A DNA stretch of 33,695 bases from an uncultured Methanosarcinales archaeon. Lineage in GTDB: Archaea; Nanobdellota; Nanobdellia; Woesearchaeales; JAGLXL01. The DNA lies in contig CAYJSO010000001.1 in NCBI GenBank assembly GCA_964372795.1, positions 2,993 to 36,687 on the forward strand. Reading direction: 5' to 3'. Under the pieces are notes generated by a model that saw only the letters and a list, made by a program, of their open reading frames with translations, made no database searches and had not been told where the DNA came from. Made by a program: the position numbers and the translations under genes. Below, in pieces: positions 8,861-17,625 of this stretch. The stretch's first letter is position 1; the number at the start of each line of letters is the position of its first letter.

Positions 8861-9883
8861 CTAAGCCCACCTTCTATTCTCAACAAAATCAACCATCCAC
8901 GCAGTCAAATCAATCTTCTCCTTTAACATTTTTTGTCTTTTCTTTTGAAATTCCAATTTAAGATTCTTATTGTTTAATAATTCAACCGCTTTTCTCAGCC
9001 CAGCTTCCTGCGAAGTGAAATTATACACCAAACCATAATCCTTTTCCTGCTCGTTTGTGTAGCCCCTCATCGTATTTGCAATATACACAGCCGGCACTCC
9101 CAAACAAGCAGCTTCCGAAGCAAGCGTAGCGCTCTCACCAGCGCAAAGCGCAGCAAACGCAAGCAAATCCAATAATTTTTCTGGTTTTATTTTCAACCTA
9201 TATTTCTCAAATTCATCTGGCAGCTTTTTCTCAGAAGTTATAACCACCTTTGCATATTTCTCCAATTCTCTAACAAAACCCAACTTATCAGCAATTCCAC
9301 GAGCACCAACATCATGGCTCGACTGCCATGAAACAAATCTAACAACAATGAACTTCTCACTCAGCCTTAATCCTGTTTCCCTTAAAACAGAAACATCCGG
9401 CTTAAAATATTTTGGATTCAAATAAGCTAGCTCATGATAGCTCTTGTGTGTAATATGTTTTCCTTTCACAGATGCATTAAAGCTCGTTGACGTAATATAA
9501 GCATCTGCAAACCTCTGCACCCAGCTATTAACAGCAGTCGCAGTCTCATTGTTATAAAACACTAGAGCTGGCTTCCCTAACAACTTCCCAACAGGCACAA
9601 TACTGGGCCCCATGCATCCAATCAAAATATCCGGCTTGAATTTTCTTGCTATGTTAAATAATTTCCAGGTGCGAGACAGCCACTCAAATAATAACCCCAC
9701 CTTGCTTTTACTAATCCTGCTTATCGGAACAAAAGAAATCTCATAAGCTTTCAGCAGCTCAAAAGTAACATCTTTCTGCCTAGCAGTAACAAGCACTTTA
9801 TGCCCTTTGCCTTCCATTATCTTGATAAAATTCCTGAAAAAATGCACATGCGCCGGATGCAGAATATCAACTAGCAGCTTCAT
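8861..9883 (-). CDS. DUF354 family protein (GT-B/epimerase-like fold, function unknown)
   Basis: The N-terminus MKLLVDILHPAHVHFFRNFIKIMEGKGHKVLVTARQKD matches my recollection of the archaeal DUF354 signature, and the ~340-aa size fits. It overlaps the upstream gene by 17 nt. Confidence 0.7.
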   Translation of the reverse strand: MKLLVDILHPAHVHFFRNFIKIMEGKGHKVLVTARQKDVTFELLKAYEISFVPISRISKSKVGLLFEWLSRTWKLFNIARKFKPDILIGCMGPSIVPVGKLLGKPALVFYNNETATAVNSWVQRFADAYITSTSFNASVKGKHITHKSYHELAYLNPKYFKPDVSVLRETGLRLSEKFIVVRFVSWQSSHDVGARGIADKLGFVRELEKYAKVVITSEKKLPDEFEKYRLKIKPEKLLDLLAFAALCAGESATLASEAACLGVPAVYIANTMRGYTNEQEKDYGLVYNFTSQEAGLRKAVELLNNKNLKLEFQKKRQKMLKEKIDLTAWMVDFVENRRWA

Positions 9884-10817
9884 TTTTCCCTCTTACTCTT
9901 TCTTTAATCGCCGGAAAATTATAAACAAGCAAAATTATCGTCGATATCAGATAAGTAAAAAACAAAGATATCAGATAAATCCCGGCGCTGACAGGCCCGA
10001 TCACCCCTGCTAGCCTATACAAATAAACAACGAGCCCTTCCCTAATCCCAAGCCCGGAAATTGAAATAGGAATCAAGCTGCTCAAAACACCAATTGAATG
10101 TATAGACAAAACAGTCAAATAACCAACTTTATATCCAAAGCTTACAAATATCTGCTGCATAACCAAGCCCATAGCCCCCCACAAAATAATCGTAACAATA
10201 AAGTCAAGAAGCAAAGCTTCCTTCCTCTCCTTCCAAAGCTTGTCCACAGTTGCTCCAAAGCCTTCAAAATGCTTCGCATACTTTCTTAAGACAAAAGTTC
10301 TGACAAAAACTCTTACTTTTTTAACAAACAAAAGCAGGACTACCCCAACTAACAGCAAAAACAAAAACAAAATAAACCTAATCGCTACATCAAATTCAAA
10401 GAAAACAAAAAACCCGTACAAAGAAAACCCAAGCAGAACAATGAATGTTATCAGCTTATCAATTATCATAGCAGAAGTGCTCACTCCATAAGAAACTTTA
10501 TCTTTTAAAAAATATACCAATGACAGCTCCCCAAATTTCCCGGGCAGAAAGAACCCAAATGAACGTGAAACCAAATACTTAGTTAGCAATTCTTTAAATG
10601 GAACTTTAACATTAACAGCATTAAAAATTATCATTATATTAACAATCGTAAAAAATATCATTATAACCGGCAACAAAAGAAATAAAAACAGGCTGGAAGC
10701 GTTAACTTCATAAAAAACTTTTAACAATTTATTTAAATCAATCTTATAAATCAAAAACAGCAAAGCAGCTACTCCAACAAGCAATCTGAATAACAACAGC
10801 CAAGTGCGCTTTTTCAT
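9867..10817 (-). CDS. flippase-like membrane protein (LPG_synthase_TM / UPF0104 family)
   Basis: 316 aa with about eight TM helices. The N-terminal LLFRLLVGVAALLFLIYKIDLNKLLKVF and internal PGKFGE / GLGIREG motifs are typical of the family. Confidence 0.7.
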   Translation of the reverse strand: MKKRTWLLLFRLLVGVAALLFLIYKIDLNKLLKVFYEVNASSLFLFLLLPVIMIFFTIVNIMIIFNAVNVKVPFKELLTKYLVSRSFGFFLPGKFGELSLVYFLKDKVSYGVSTSAMIIDKLITFIVLLGFSLYGFFVFFEFDVAIRFILFLFLLLVGVVLLLFVKKVRVFVRTFVLRKYAKHFEGFGATVDKLWKERKEALLLDFIVTIILWGAMGLVMQQIFVSFGYKVGYLTVLSIHSIGVLSSLIPISISGLGIREGLVVYLYRLAGVIGPVSAGIYLISLFFTYLISTIILLVYNFPAIKERVRGKNEAAS

Positions 10818-10889
10818 TTTAAAAATTATTTACAATATGTAAATCGTTCCTCATTCCATTATTTTTGATATTGTAAATCATTTTTCACC

Positions 10890-12158
10890 TCATAATCTGG
10901 TATCGGTTAATAAACTATATAACCCTGGATTTCGGCTTTCTAATTCAGCCAAAAGCTCTGAGTTGATTCTATCAATTCTTTGCCTTGTCTCTGCTGAATC
11001 CACTACTTTAATATCTTTCTTTGTAGCCCAAACTTTGCCCGCGTTTTCAGCTTCTATTAATTTGCTTTCAAGCATTTTAACAGCCTCGGATGTTAGAGAA
11101 GCTACTTCCAAAATTTCTCTATTCCATTTTTTTCTTCTTCGTCTGCCCATCAAAAATGGAAGCAACATCCTTATAAATCTAACATCTACATCTTGCTCAA
11201 GCTCGCTTTTATACTTTTCTAACCCAGGATTATTCTCTACAACCGAAGTTGCGCCTGCAAAGATATTCAACTGAGGCGTACCAGGCAATTGCTTTCCTGT
11301 CAGCACATCAACAGTAGCTCCATGATAAATATGAACATCTCTAAACGTAAACTCCCCTTCATTGCAGCTGGGCAGATTAGGTGTTAACCCTGTATAAAAG
11401 TTAGTCACTATCAATGCCAACCCGTTATCCAAAACTCCATTTCCGTCCATGCAAACAGAATAACTAGCAATCACGTTTCTTGGAACTGCTCCAAGCTTCA
11501 ACATCTCCTTCATTAGAGCAATAGTTATAGGCGCATAAGAAGGGTTGATTCTAAACTCTACAGTGCCTGATGATACATGACAGCCTCTTATCTCTTTGCC
11601 CCCGGAAGCACCCTTTAACTGATTTGTTAAACTTATGCCCGAATTAAAGTCATACGCAGGATTGAATCTCGCAACTTCCTCACTATCAATATGAAACTCA
11701 GCACCAAATGTTGGTGTTCCTTTCAAAGCTTTTTCTACTTTCTTAACTCTGGCATAAAGCCCATCAACTTCTTCTTTTATTGCTCCAGGATCAACGCTCG
11801 CATTCTTTAAATTCAAAAAACGAGCTGCAATTAATTGCCTGCCCCCTATAGTCATGCCACCATCTTGCAGCATGTCAGCTATATCACCAAATCCACTACT
11901 TACGATCCTCATTCTTTCGGCAAGAAGTTGTTCCTTTTTCTTAGCTCTTCTTTCTGTCCACTCATAAAAAGCCTCGCCAGTTCCAACCCCCATAATTAAA
12001 GGAACCGCACCAACAGCAGTGCAGCAAAAGCCTAAACCAATTTTCGCCCAATATGGTGTCTCAGGGCTTATTTTATCAGAAAAAAAATTTATTATTACAA
12101 AGGCAGGTACAATCCCAGCTACATAAAATGGCCCTTTGTAAAATATCTTCTCAGTCAT
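10890..12158 (-). CDS. hypothetical membrane-anchored protein, no recognisable family
   Basis: Long ORF whose start overlaps the stop of the upstream GT2 in an ATGA overlap (12155-12158). It has two N-terminal hydrophobic helices, a ~230-aa globular core, an RRRRKKW patch and a C-terminal coiled-coil-like tail. Confidence 0.7.
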   Translation of the reverse strand: MTEKIFYKGPFYVAGIVPAFVIINFFSDKISPETPYWAKIGLGFCCTAVGAVPLIMGVGTGEAFYEWTERRAKKKEQLLAERMRIVSSGFGDIADMLQDGGMTIGGRQLIAARFLNLKNASVDPGAIKEEVDGLYARVKKVEKALKGTPTFGAEFHIDSEEVARFNPAYDFNSGISLTNQLKGASGGKEIRGCHVSSGTVEFRINPSYAPITIALMKEMLKLGAVPRNVIASYSVCMDGNGVLDNGLALIVTNFYTGLTPNLPSCNEGEFTFRDVHIYHGATVDVLTGKQLPGTPQLNIFAGATSVVENNPGLEKYKSELEQDVDVRFIRMLLPFLMGRRRRKKWNREILEVASLTSEAVKMLESKLIEAENAGKVWATKKDIKVVDSAETRQRIDRINSELLAELESRNPGLYSLLTDTRL

Positions 12159-13033
12159 TTTTTCATCATATCCGCCAAAAACCCAAACAATATCACCTGC
12201 ACTCCAACCAGCATCAGCACTCCGCTAAGCACAACTCTCGGAACTCCTCCAACTCTTCCAGTATACAGCCAATAAAAAAACACAGCTAAACCCAATAAAA
12301 ACCCAAGCCCAAACAAAATTCCACCAGCAAGCCCAAAAAACTTCAACGGCTTGTAATCACGATATATTCTAAAAATATTTATCCAGGCTCTCATAGCATA
12401 CTCAAACGGATTTTTAATCAATCTGCTCCTGCCTTCTCTCTTAGCAAAATAAACTGGCACTTCAGCAACTTTAAACTTTTCCTTAAACGCCCTAATCACC
12501 TGCTCCTGTGTATAAGTATGCCCCGAAGTCATCTCAATTTTAGCAACATCAGCATTAAAAGCCCTAAATCCAGTCTGCGCATCCGTTACCTTTGCATTAA
12601 CGATATTTGAAATTACTTTTGAAAAAGCTTTATTCCCAAATCTCTTCAGCCAATGCATTTGTTCTATATAACCCAAAAACCTGCTTCCCAAAACAAGATC
12701 ATAACCCTCTTTTATCTTCTCAATCAGCTTTGGAATATCCTCAGCTTTATACTGCCCATCTGCATCCGTATGCACAATAACATCCGCTTTCAGCTTCAAA
12801 GCATTCTGCATCTCTGTTCTAAACGCTTCCGCCAGCCCATAATTCTTAGGATGCTTAACAACAATAGCCCCGGCTTCTCTGGCAACCTCTGCCGTTCTGT
12901 CTCTGCTTCCATCATCTACCACCTGAATCTTATAGTTATACTCATTTGAACTTAAAACTCGCTTTATCTCCTCAATAACATGCCCTATTGTTCTTTCCTC
13001 ATTATAAGCTGGAATGCTCACTACTACTTTCAT
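12155..13033 (-). CDS. GT2 glycosyltransferase, polyprenyl-phosphate sugar synthase type (DPM1/GtrB/ArnC-like) with two C-terminal TM helices
   Basis: VVSIPAYNEERTI, VVDDGSRDRT, HTDADGQY (DxD) and the C-terminal helices LAGGILFGLGFLLGLAVFFYWL / VLSGVLMLVGVQVILFGFLA. The ORF track starts at GTG 13051, but ATG 13033 is preceded by gggagagg and is preferred. Confidence 0.85.
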   Translation of the reverse strand: MKVVVSIPAYNEERTIGHVIEEIKRVLSSNEYNYKIQVVDDGSRDRTAEVAREAGAIVVKHPKNYGLAEAFRTEMQNALKLKADVIVHTDADGQYKAEDIPKLIEKIKEGYDLVLGSRFLGYIEQMHWLKRFGNKAFSKVISNIVNAKVTDAQTGFRAFNADVAKIEMTSGHTYTQEQVIRAFKEKFKVAEVPVYFAKREGRSRLIKNPFEYAMRAWINIFRIYRDYKPLKFFGLAGGILFGLGFLLGLAVFFYWLYTGRVGGVPRVVLSGVLMLVGVQVILFGFLADMMKK

Positions 13034-13129
13034 AAAGCCTCTCCCTACCACCCCTTATGCCCATATGCTGCTTTATAGCAAACTATTTATATATGTTTCG
13101 TGGCTTAACCTGGCTGGGGTGGTAAAATA

Positions 13130-13576
13130 ATGCAGTCTATAATACCTGGAGTTAAGCTCGAAAAAGCAAAGAAAGTAGCAACATTTGACTTAAATAAGCA
13201 GCAAAACGGCTATTTAATTGAGCTTTACAAAGGCAATGGAAACAACAGCGAAAAGACTGTTGCTTACTTAACAACATTAAAAGTAGGCGTTTTCAAAGGC
13301 TATCATCTTCATCGTATTCGCTCAGCTCACTATATCTGCGTAAAAGGCAAAATAAAAATCATCCTGTACAAAAACAAGCAACGCGAGGAACATATTCTTG
13401 ACGCAAACAATCCAACGAGACTTTACATTCCAAACAACACGGCAACCGGCCTGCAAAACATAGGCGATGAAGAAGCCTGGCTGATTAACTACCCGGATCC
13501 AGCTTACGACCCAAATCTAAAAGACGAACAGGTTGAATACACACAGGAAGAGCTTGAGAAAGGTGTAGAAAAATGA
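13130..13576 (+). CDS. small RmlC-like cupin (dTDP-4-keto-6-deoxyhexose epimerase or 3,4-ketoisomerase type)
   Basis: 148 aa. KGYHLHRIRSAHYICVKGKIKIILY ... LYIPNNTATGLQNIG ... INYPDPAYDP follows the cupin His pair and beta-barrel pattern. The SD ggggtgg lies upstream. It is the first gene of the dTDP-sugar operon. Confidence 0.6.
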   Translation: MQSIIPGVKLEKAKKVATFDLNKQQNGYLIELYKGNGNNSEKTVAYLTTLKVGVFKGYHLHRIRSAHYICVKGKIKIILYKNKQREEHILDANNPTRLYIPNNTATGLQNIGDEEAWLINYPDPAYDPNLKDEQVEYTQEELEKGVEK

Positions 13577-14649
13577 TAACATACGAAAAGGTAATGACAA
13601 GAGATGCGCCATTAATAATAATCGAAGCTTGGTGCACCTGCTTCGACAGCTCAATTCCAGCAGCATGTGGGATCAAATGGCCAACACCAATCTTCGTCTT
13701 TCGAAATGGAGCTGTTGAAAGCCAGCGTCCGACAAGACTTTTCCATGAAGAATTGCCTCCAAAACTCTCCTTGCAGCTTAAGAAACCAGAATACGCAAAA
13801 AACGCTCTCCAGAGTTTTGAAAAATACTACAAATATGCAAAATACCTAAAAGGCATTAAAATTAAAAAAGTTGGCTCAGAAGAAGCACTGAAAGAAATAA
13901 AAACTGCAAGCGACGCTTTCACGCAAGGCGGCGCCGGGCTAATCCTTGGGTACTGGTGTGTAGAGTGGAACAAAAAGGCAGCTGATAATGGAAAAGCTTC
14001 TCTGTTCAGCGAGGAAATAATTGAAGGCGCACGCAAAACAAGGGAAGGCGACACCTTGATGGACAACGCTGTCGAAGCTGTTTACGATTACCTAGACATA
14101 ATCGCAGAAAACGAAAACTGGCCTCGCAGCTTGATGAAATTTTTTACTCTAAAAGAACTGGAAGAATCAATAAAAACAAAAAAACCTGATTCTGAATTAC
14201 TAAGAAAAAGAAAAAATGGCTATATATGCCTCAATGGAAAAGTAGTTCTCGCTAATGAAATCAAAGTGACTCTGCAAAAATTAGGGATAAACATTGAAGA
14301 GCCGGAGACAACACAGCCAACACAACTAGATAAACTTAAAGGATTTTGCGCCTGCCAAGGCTACGCAAAAGGCAAAGTTGCAGTTATCTTCAATAGAGAG
14401 CAGCTTAATAAAATTGAAGATGGCGGCATCTTGGTTGCACCAATGACAACGCCATTATTCATGCCGGCAATGCAAAAAGCTGTAGCGTTTGTCACAGATG
14501 AAGGAGGTCTGTTAAGCCATGCAGCCATCATTGCAAGAGAAATGAAAAAGCCGTGCGTAATAGGCACAAAAATCGCAACACAAGTCCTAAAAGACGGTGA
14601 TCTTGTAGAAGTTGATGCTAACAAAGGCATCGTGAGGAAGATAAAATGA
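13573..14649 (+). CDS. PEP-utilizer mobile (swivel-His) domain protein with an uncharacterised ~260-aa N-terminal domain
   Basis: The C-terminal ~95 aa (GFCACQGYAKGKVAVI...ILVAPMTTPLFMPAMQKAVAFVTDEGGLLSHAAIIAREMKKPCVIG...VEVDANKGIV) form the canonical phosphohistidine swivel domain (GGxxSHAAIxARE). No ATP-grasp/PPDK_N motifs are seen. ATGA overlaps occur at both ends. Confidence 0.75.
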   Translation: MITYEKVMTRDAPLIIIEAWCTCFDSSIPAACGIKWPTPIFVFRNGAVESQRPTRLFHEELPPKLSLQLKKPEYAKNALQSFEKYYKYAKYLKGIKIKKVGSEEALKEIKTASDAFTQGGAGLILGYWCVEWNKKAADNGKASLFSEEIIEGARKTREGDTLMDNAVEAVYDYLDIIAENENWPRSLMKFFTLKELEESIKTKKPDSELLRKRKNGYICLNGKVVLANEIKVTLQKLGINIEEPETTQPTQLDKLKGFCACQGYAKGKVAVIFNREQLNKIEDGGILVAPMTTPLFMPAMQKAVAFVTDEGGLLSHAAIIAREMKKPCVIGTKIATQVLKDGDLVEVDANKGIVRKIK

Positions 14650-15674
14650 AACTCCTAATCACAGGCGGTGCAGGATTTATTGGATCAAATTTTATTAGAC
14701 ATGTTCTAAAAAAATACACCAATTACAAAGTAATAAACTTAGATAAACTAACTTACGCTGGCAACTTAAACAATTTAAAAGACATAGAAAACAGCACAAA
14801 CTACAAATTCATCAAAGGCGACATCTGCGACGCACAACTAGTAAATGAACTTGCAAAAGACATCGACATAATCATAAACTTCGCAGCAGAAACGCATGTT
14901 GACCGCTCCATAGGCAACCCAGACGACTTCATAAAAACAGATGTTTTTGGAACTTACACTTTGCTTGAAGCAGCAAAAAAATATAAAATAAAACGCTACA
15001 TCCAGATTTCAACAGATGAAGTTTACGGCAGCATTGCAACTGGCAAATTCACAGAAACAAGTCCATTAAATCCAAGCTCGCCTTACTCAGCAAGCAAAGC
15101 AGCTGCTGACATGCTTGTTTTATCCTACCACACAACTTTTAATTTACCAATAATCATAACAAGAAGCTCGAACAATTTCGGCCCTTACCAATATCCGGAA
15201 AAAATAATTCCTTTATTCATTACAAATTTGCTGGAAAACAAAAAAGTTCCTTTATATGGCGATGGACTAAATGTAAGAGACTGGCTTTTCGTGCTTGACA
15301 ATTGCGAAGCTATTGATTTCGTAATGCACAACGGAGAAATAGGACAGATTTACAACATAGGCGCAGACAACGAAAAAACAAATCTGGAAATAACAAAATT
15401 TATCTTAACAGAACTAAACAAAGACGAATCATCCATAGAATTTGTTAAAGACCGCCCAGGGCATGACCGCAGATATGCTTTAGACAGCACAAAATTACAT
15501 AAACTTGGCTGGCGCCCAAGATTCAATTTCAATGAAGCAATGAAGCAAACAATCGCTTGGTACATTAACAACAAACAATGGTGGCAGCCTCTTAAATCCG
15601 GAGAATATTTAAATTACTACCGCGAATTGTATCAAAAAAGGCACAGTATGAAAGAGCTTGGGGTGGTGAATTAA
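14646..15674 (+). CDS. rmlB: dTDP-glucose 4,6-dehydratase
   Basis: ITGGAGFIGSNF, AAETHVDRS, STDEVYG, the YSASKAAAD (YxxxK) motif, DRPGHDRRY and a C-terminal WW motif. Confidence 0.92.
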   Translation: MKLLITGGAGFIGSNFIRHVLKKYTNYKVINLDKLTYAGNLNNLKDIENSTNYKFIKGDICDAQLVNELAKDIDIIINFAAETHVDRSIGNPDDFIKTDVFGTYTLLEAAKKYKIKRYIQISTDEVYGSIATGKFTETSPLNPSSPYSASKAAADMLVLSYHTTFNLPIIITRSSNNFGPYQYPEKIIPLFITNLLENKKVPLYGDGLNVRDWLFVLDNCEAIDFVMHNGEIGQIYNIGADNEKTNLEITKFILTELNKDESSIEFVKDRPGHDRRYALDSTKLHKLGWRPRFNFNEAMKQTIAWYINNKQWWQPLKSGEYLNYYRELYQKRHSMKELGVVN

Positions 15675-15676
15675 AA

Positions 15677-16417
15677 ATGAAAGGCGTTATCTTAGCAGGC
15701 GGGACAGGATCAAGGCTGTCGCCGCTGACGCATGTAACGAACAAACACTTGTTGCCCGTATACAATAAACCAATGATATTCTACCCAATCCAGACTTTGA
15801 TAGATGCAGGAATAAAAGACATCTTGATCGTGAGCGGCGGAGAAAATATAGGGGATTTCATGAGGCTTCTTGGCTCAGGAGCAAAACACGGGGTAAGTTT
15901 CACATATAGGGTGCAGGACGGAGCAGGCGGAATTCCTGTAGCACTTTACCTTGCAAAGGATTTCGTAGGGAACGATAAATTCGTAGTGATATTGGGCGAT
16001 AATGTAATGGAAAACAGCATAAAAAAAGAGGTTGAAGATTTCAATAGTAGTAGCTCTGGTGCGAAAGTTTTCCTGCAGAAAGTCAAAGACCCAAAAAGAT
16101 ATGGAATCGCAGAAGTAAAGGATGGGAAAGTTATTGCATGCTACGAAAAGCCGGAAAATCCAGTAACAGATCTTGCGATATTGGGTGTGTATATGTTTGA
16201 TAAAAAAGCATTTGATATAATACCAAAATTAAAGCCTTCAAAAAGGAATGAGCTTGAAGTAGTAGACATCCTGAATTATTACATCGAAAAAAACGAACTG
16301 ACATTCAGCATACTTGATGGATTCTGGATTGACGCAGGAACATTCGAAGCGCTGCACAAGGCAAATAAATTTGTTGCAGTAAAAGAGGGATACAGCGACA
16401 TTGGCCCTTTTAAATAA
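15677..16417 (+). CDS. rmlA: glucose-1-phosphate thymidylyltransferase (short form)
   Basis: ILAGGTGSRLSPLTHVTNKHLLPVYNKPMIFYPI signature, LGDN and EKPENP. The SD ggtggtga lies upstream. The gene is adjacent to rmlB. Confidence 0.85.
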   Translation: MKGVILAGGTGSRLSPLTHVTNKHLLPVYNKPMIFYPIQTLIDAGIKDILIVSGGENIGDFMRLLGSGAKHGVSFTYRVQDGAGGIPVALYLAKDFVGNDKFVVILGDNVMENSIKKEVEDFNSSSSGAKVFLQKVKDPKRYGIAEVKDGKVIACYEKPENPVTDLAILGVYMFDKKAFDIIPKLKPSKRNELEVVDILNYYIEKNELTFSILDGFWIDAGTFEALHKANKFVAVKEGYSDIGPFK

Positions 16418-16431
16418 CTGTCTTACTCAAA

Positions 16432-17574
16432 ATGATACCAATTTTCAGACCCTCCGTATCGCAGGCAGAAATAGACGCAGCTCTCAGAGTTTTAAAATCA
16501 GGCTGGTGGGGCTCAGGTCCAGAAACAAAGGCCTTTGAAAAGGAATTTGCTGAATTTCTTGGAGTAAAGCACGCAATCGCATTAAACAGCTGCACAGCCG
16601 CTTTGCATTTGGCAGGCGCAGTTCCACAGCTTCCAAAAGGCTCAGAAGTCATCACAACCCCAATAACTTTTGTTTCAACAGCTTACCTGGCTTCTTACAA
16701 CGGCTTAACTCCAGTTTTCGCAGACGTAGAAGAAGACACTTTAAACATTGATCCTGCTGATGTAGAAAAAAAGATAACAGACAAAACAAAAGCTCTTTTA
16801 CCAATTCACTATGGTGGCCACGCAGCAGGAATGGATGAATTAAAACAAATCGCAAAACAAAATAATCTAATTTTAATAGAAGATGCTGCTCACGCTGCTG
16901 GGGGCAGATACAAAGGCAAACTGCTTGGCTCATTTGGCGACTTAGCTTGCTTCTCATTCCAGGCAGTAAAAAACATTGCAGTTGGTGATGGCGGAATGTT
17001 AGTAACAAACAACGACGAATGGGCAAATAGGGCAAAAATCCTGCGTTGGTGCGGGATTAACTCCGACACCTCACAAAGGACAGATCGCGACCAATACAGC
17101 TGGGAATACGCAATTACTGATGTTGGCTACAAATTCCAGATGCCTGACTTGATGGCCGCCATAGGCCGCGCACAGCTCAAAAGACTAAATGAATTAAACA
17201 AAAAACGCAGATTGATCACGCAGCGCTACAACGAAGCATTTTCCGGAACAGACTGGATAGAAACACCAATAATGAAAAGCTATGCAGACAGCTCAAACCA
17301 CAATTACTGCATCAAAGCAAGAATTCTAGAAGGTGGAAAAAGAATTCCAGTAAGAGACAAATTGCTAGTCCACCTAAAAAACGCAGGCATAAGCTCAACA
17401 GTCCATTACAAGCCGCTTTACTTGCACGAAGTATACAAAAAACAAAATATAAAAGCAAACTGCCCAGTCGCAGAACGCATTTGGAAAGAAATCTTGCTGC
17501 TGCCAATCTTCCCGGACATGACTGAAGATGAGATTAATCACGTGATTAAAACTGTAAAAAGCTTTTCTACTTAA
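16432..17574 (+). CDS. DegT/DnrJ/EryC1/StrS-family PLP-dependent sugar aminotransferase
   Basis: Family-typical N-terminus (IPIFRPSVSQAEIDA...SGWWGSGPETKAFEKEFAEF), LIEDAAHA and FSFQAVKNI (the PLP lysine). Confidence 0.9.
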   Translation: MIPIFRPSVSQAEIDAALRVLKSGWWGSGPETKAFEKEFAEFLGVKHAIALNSCTAALHLAGAVPQLPKGSEVITTPITFVSTAYLASYNGLTPVFADVEEDTLNIDPADVEKKITDKTKALLPIHYGGHAAGMDELKQIAKQNNLILIEDAAHAAGGRYKGKLLGSFGDLACFSFQAVKNIAVGDGGMLVTNNDEWANRAKILRWCGINSDTSQRTDRDQYSWEYAITDVGYKFQMPDLMAAIGRAQLKRLNELNKKRRLITQRYNEAFSGTDWIETPIMKSYADSSNHNYCIKARILEGGKRIPVRDKLLVHLKNAGISSTVHYKPLYLHEVYKKQNIKANCPVAERIWKEILLLPIFPDMTEDEINHVIKTVKSFST

Positions 17575-17590
17575 AATATGCATGAATAGA

Positions 17591-17598
17591 TTTATAAA
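17591..17598 (+). promoter_or_regulatory. candidate TATA box (TTTATAAA) for the bPH_2 gene pair
   Basis: Centred ~31 nt upstream of ATG 17626, with no SD in between. Confidence 0.4.
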
Positions 17599-17625
17599 CA
17601 ATGATTAACTTTTAAGAACAGCAAA

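Noticed and set aside
10828..10879. A 7-bp inverted repeat atttaca-ata-tgtaaat (10828-10844), plus a second tgtaaatc copy (10872-10879), in the spacer between the orphan gene and the flippase-like gene.
   Set aside because: The stem is almost entirely A/T (one G-C pair in 7 bp) and short, so it is easily produced by chance in AT-rich sequence. It is not strong enough to call a terminator or operator.
10890..12158. The short strings FGAEFHID and GTVEFRINPS resemble the metal-binding beta-strand motifs (GxExE, ExR) of glutamine-synthetase/glutamate-cysteine-ligase/amidoligase-type enzymes. This would fit amino-acid amidation of uronic acids.
   Set aside because: The two strings are only ~55 residues apart, far closer than in those enzymes, and I see none of the other family motifs. 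The resemblance is too weak to assign without profile or structure searches.
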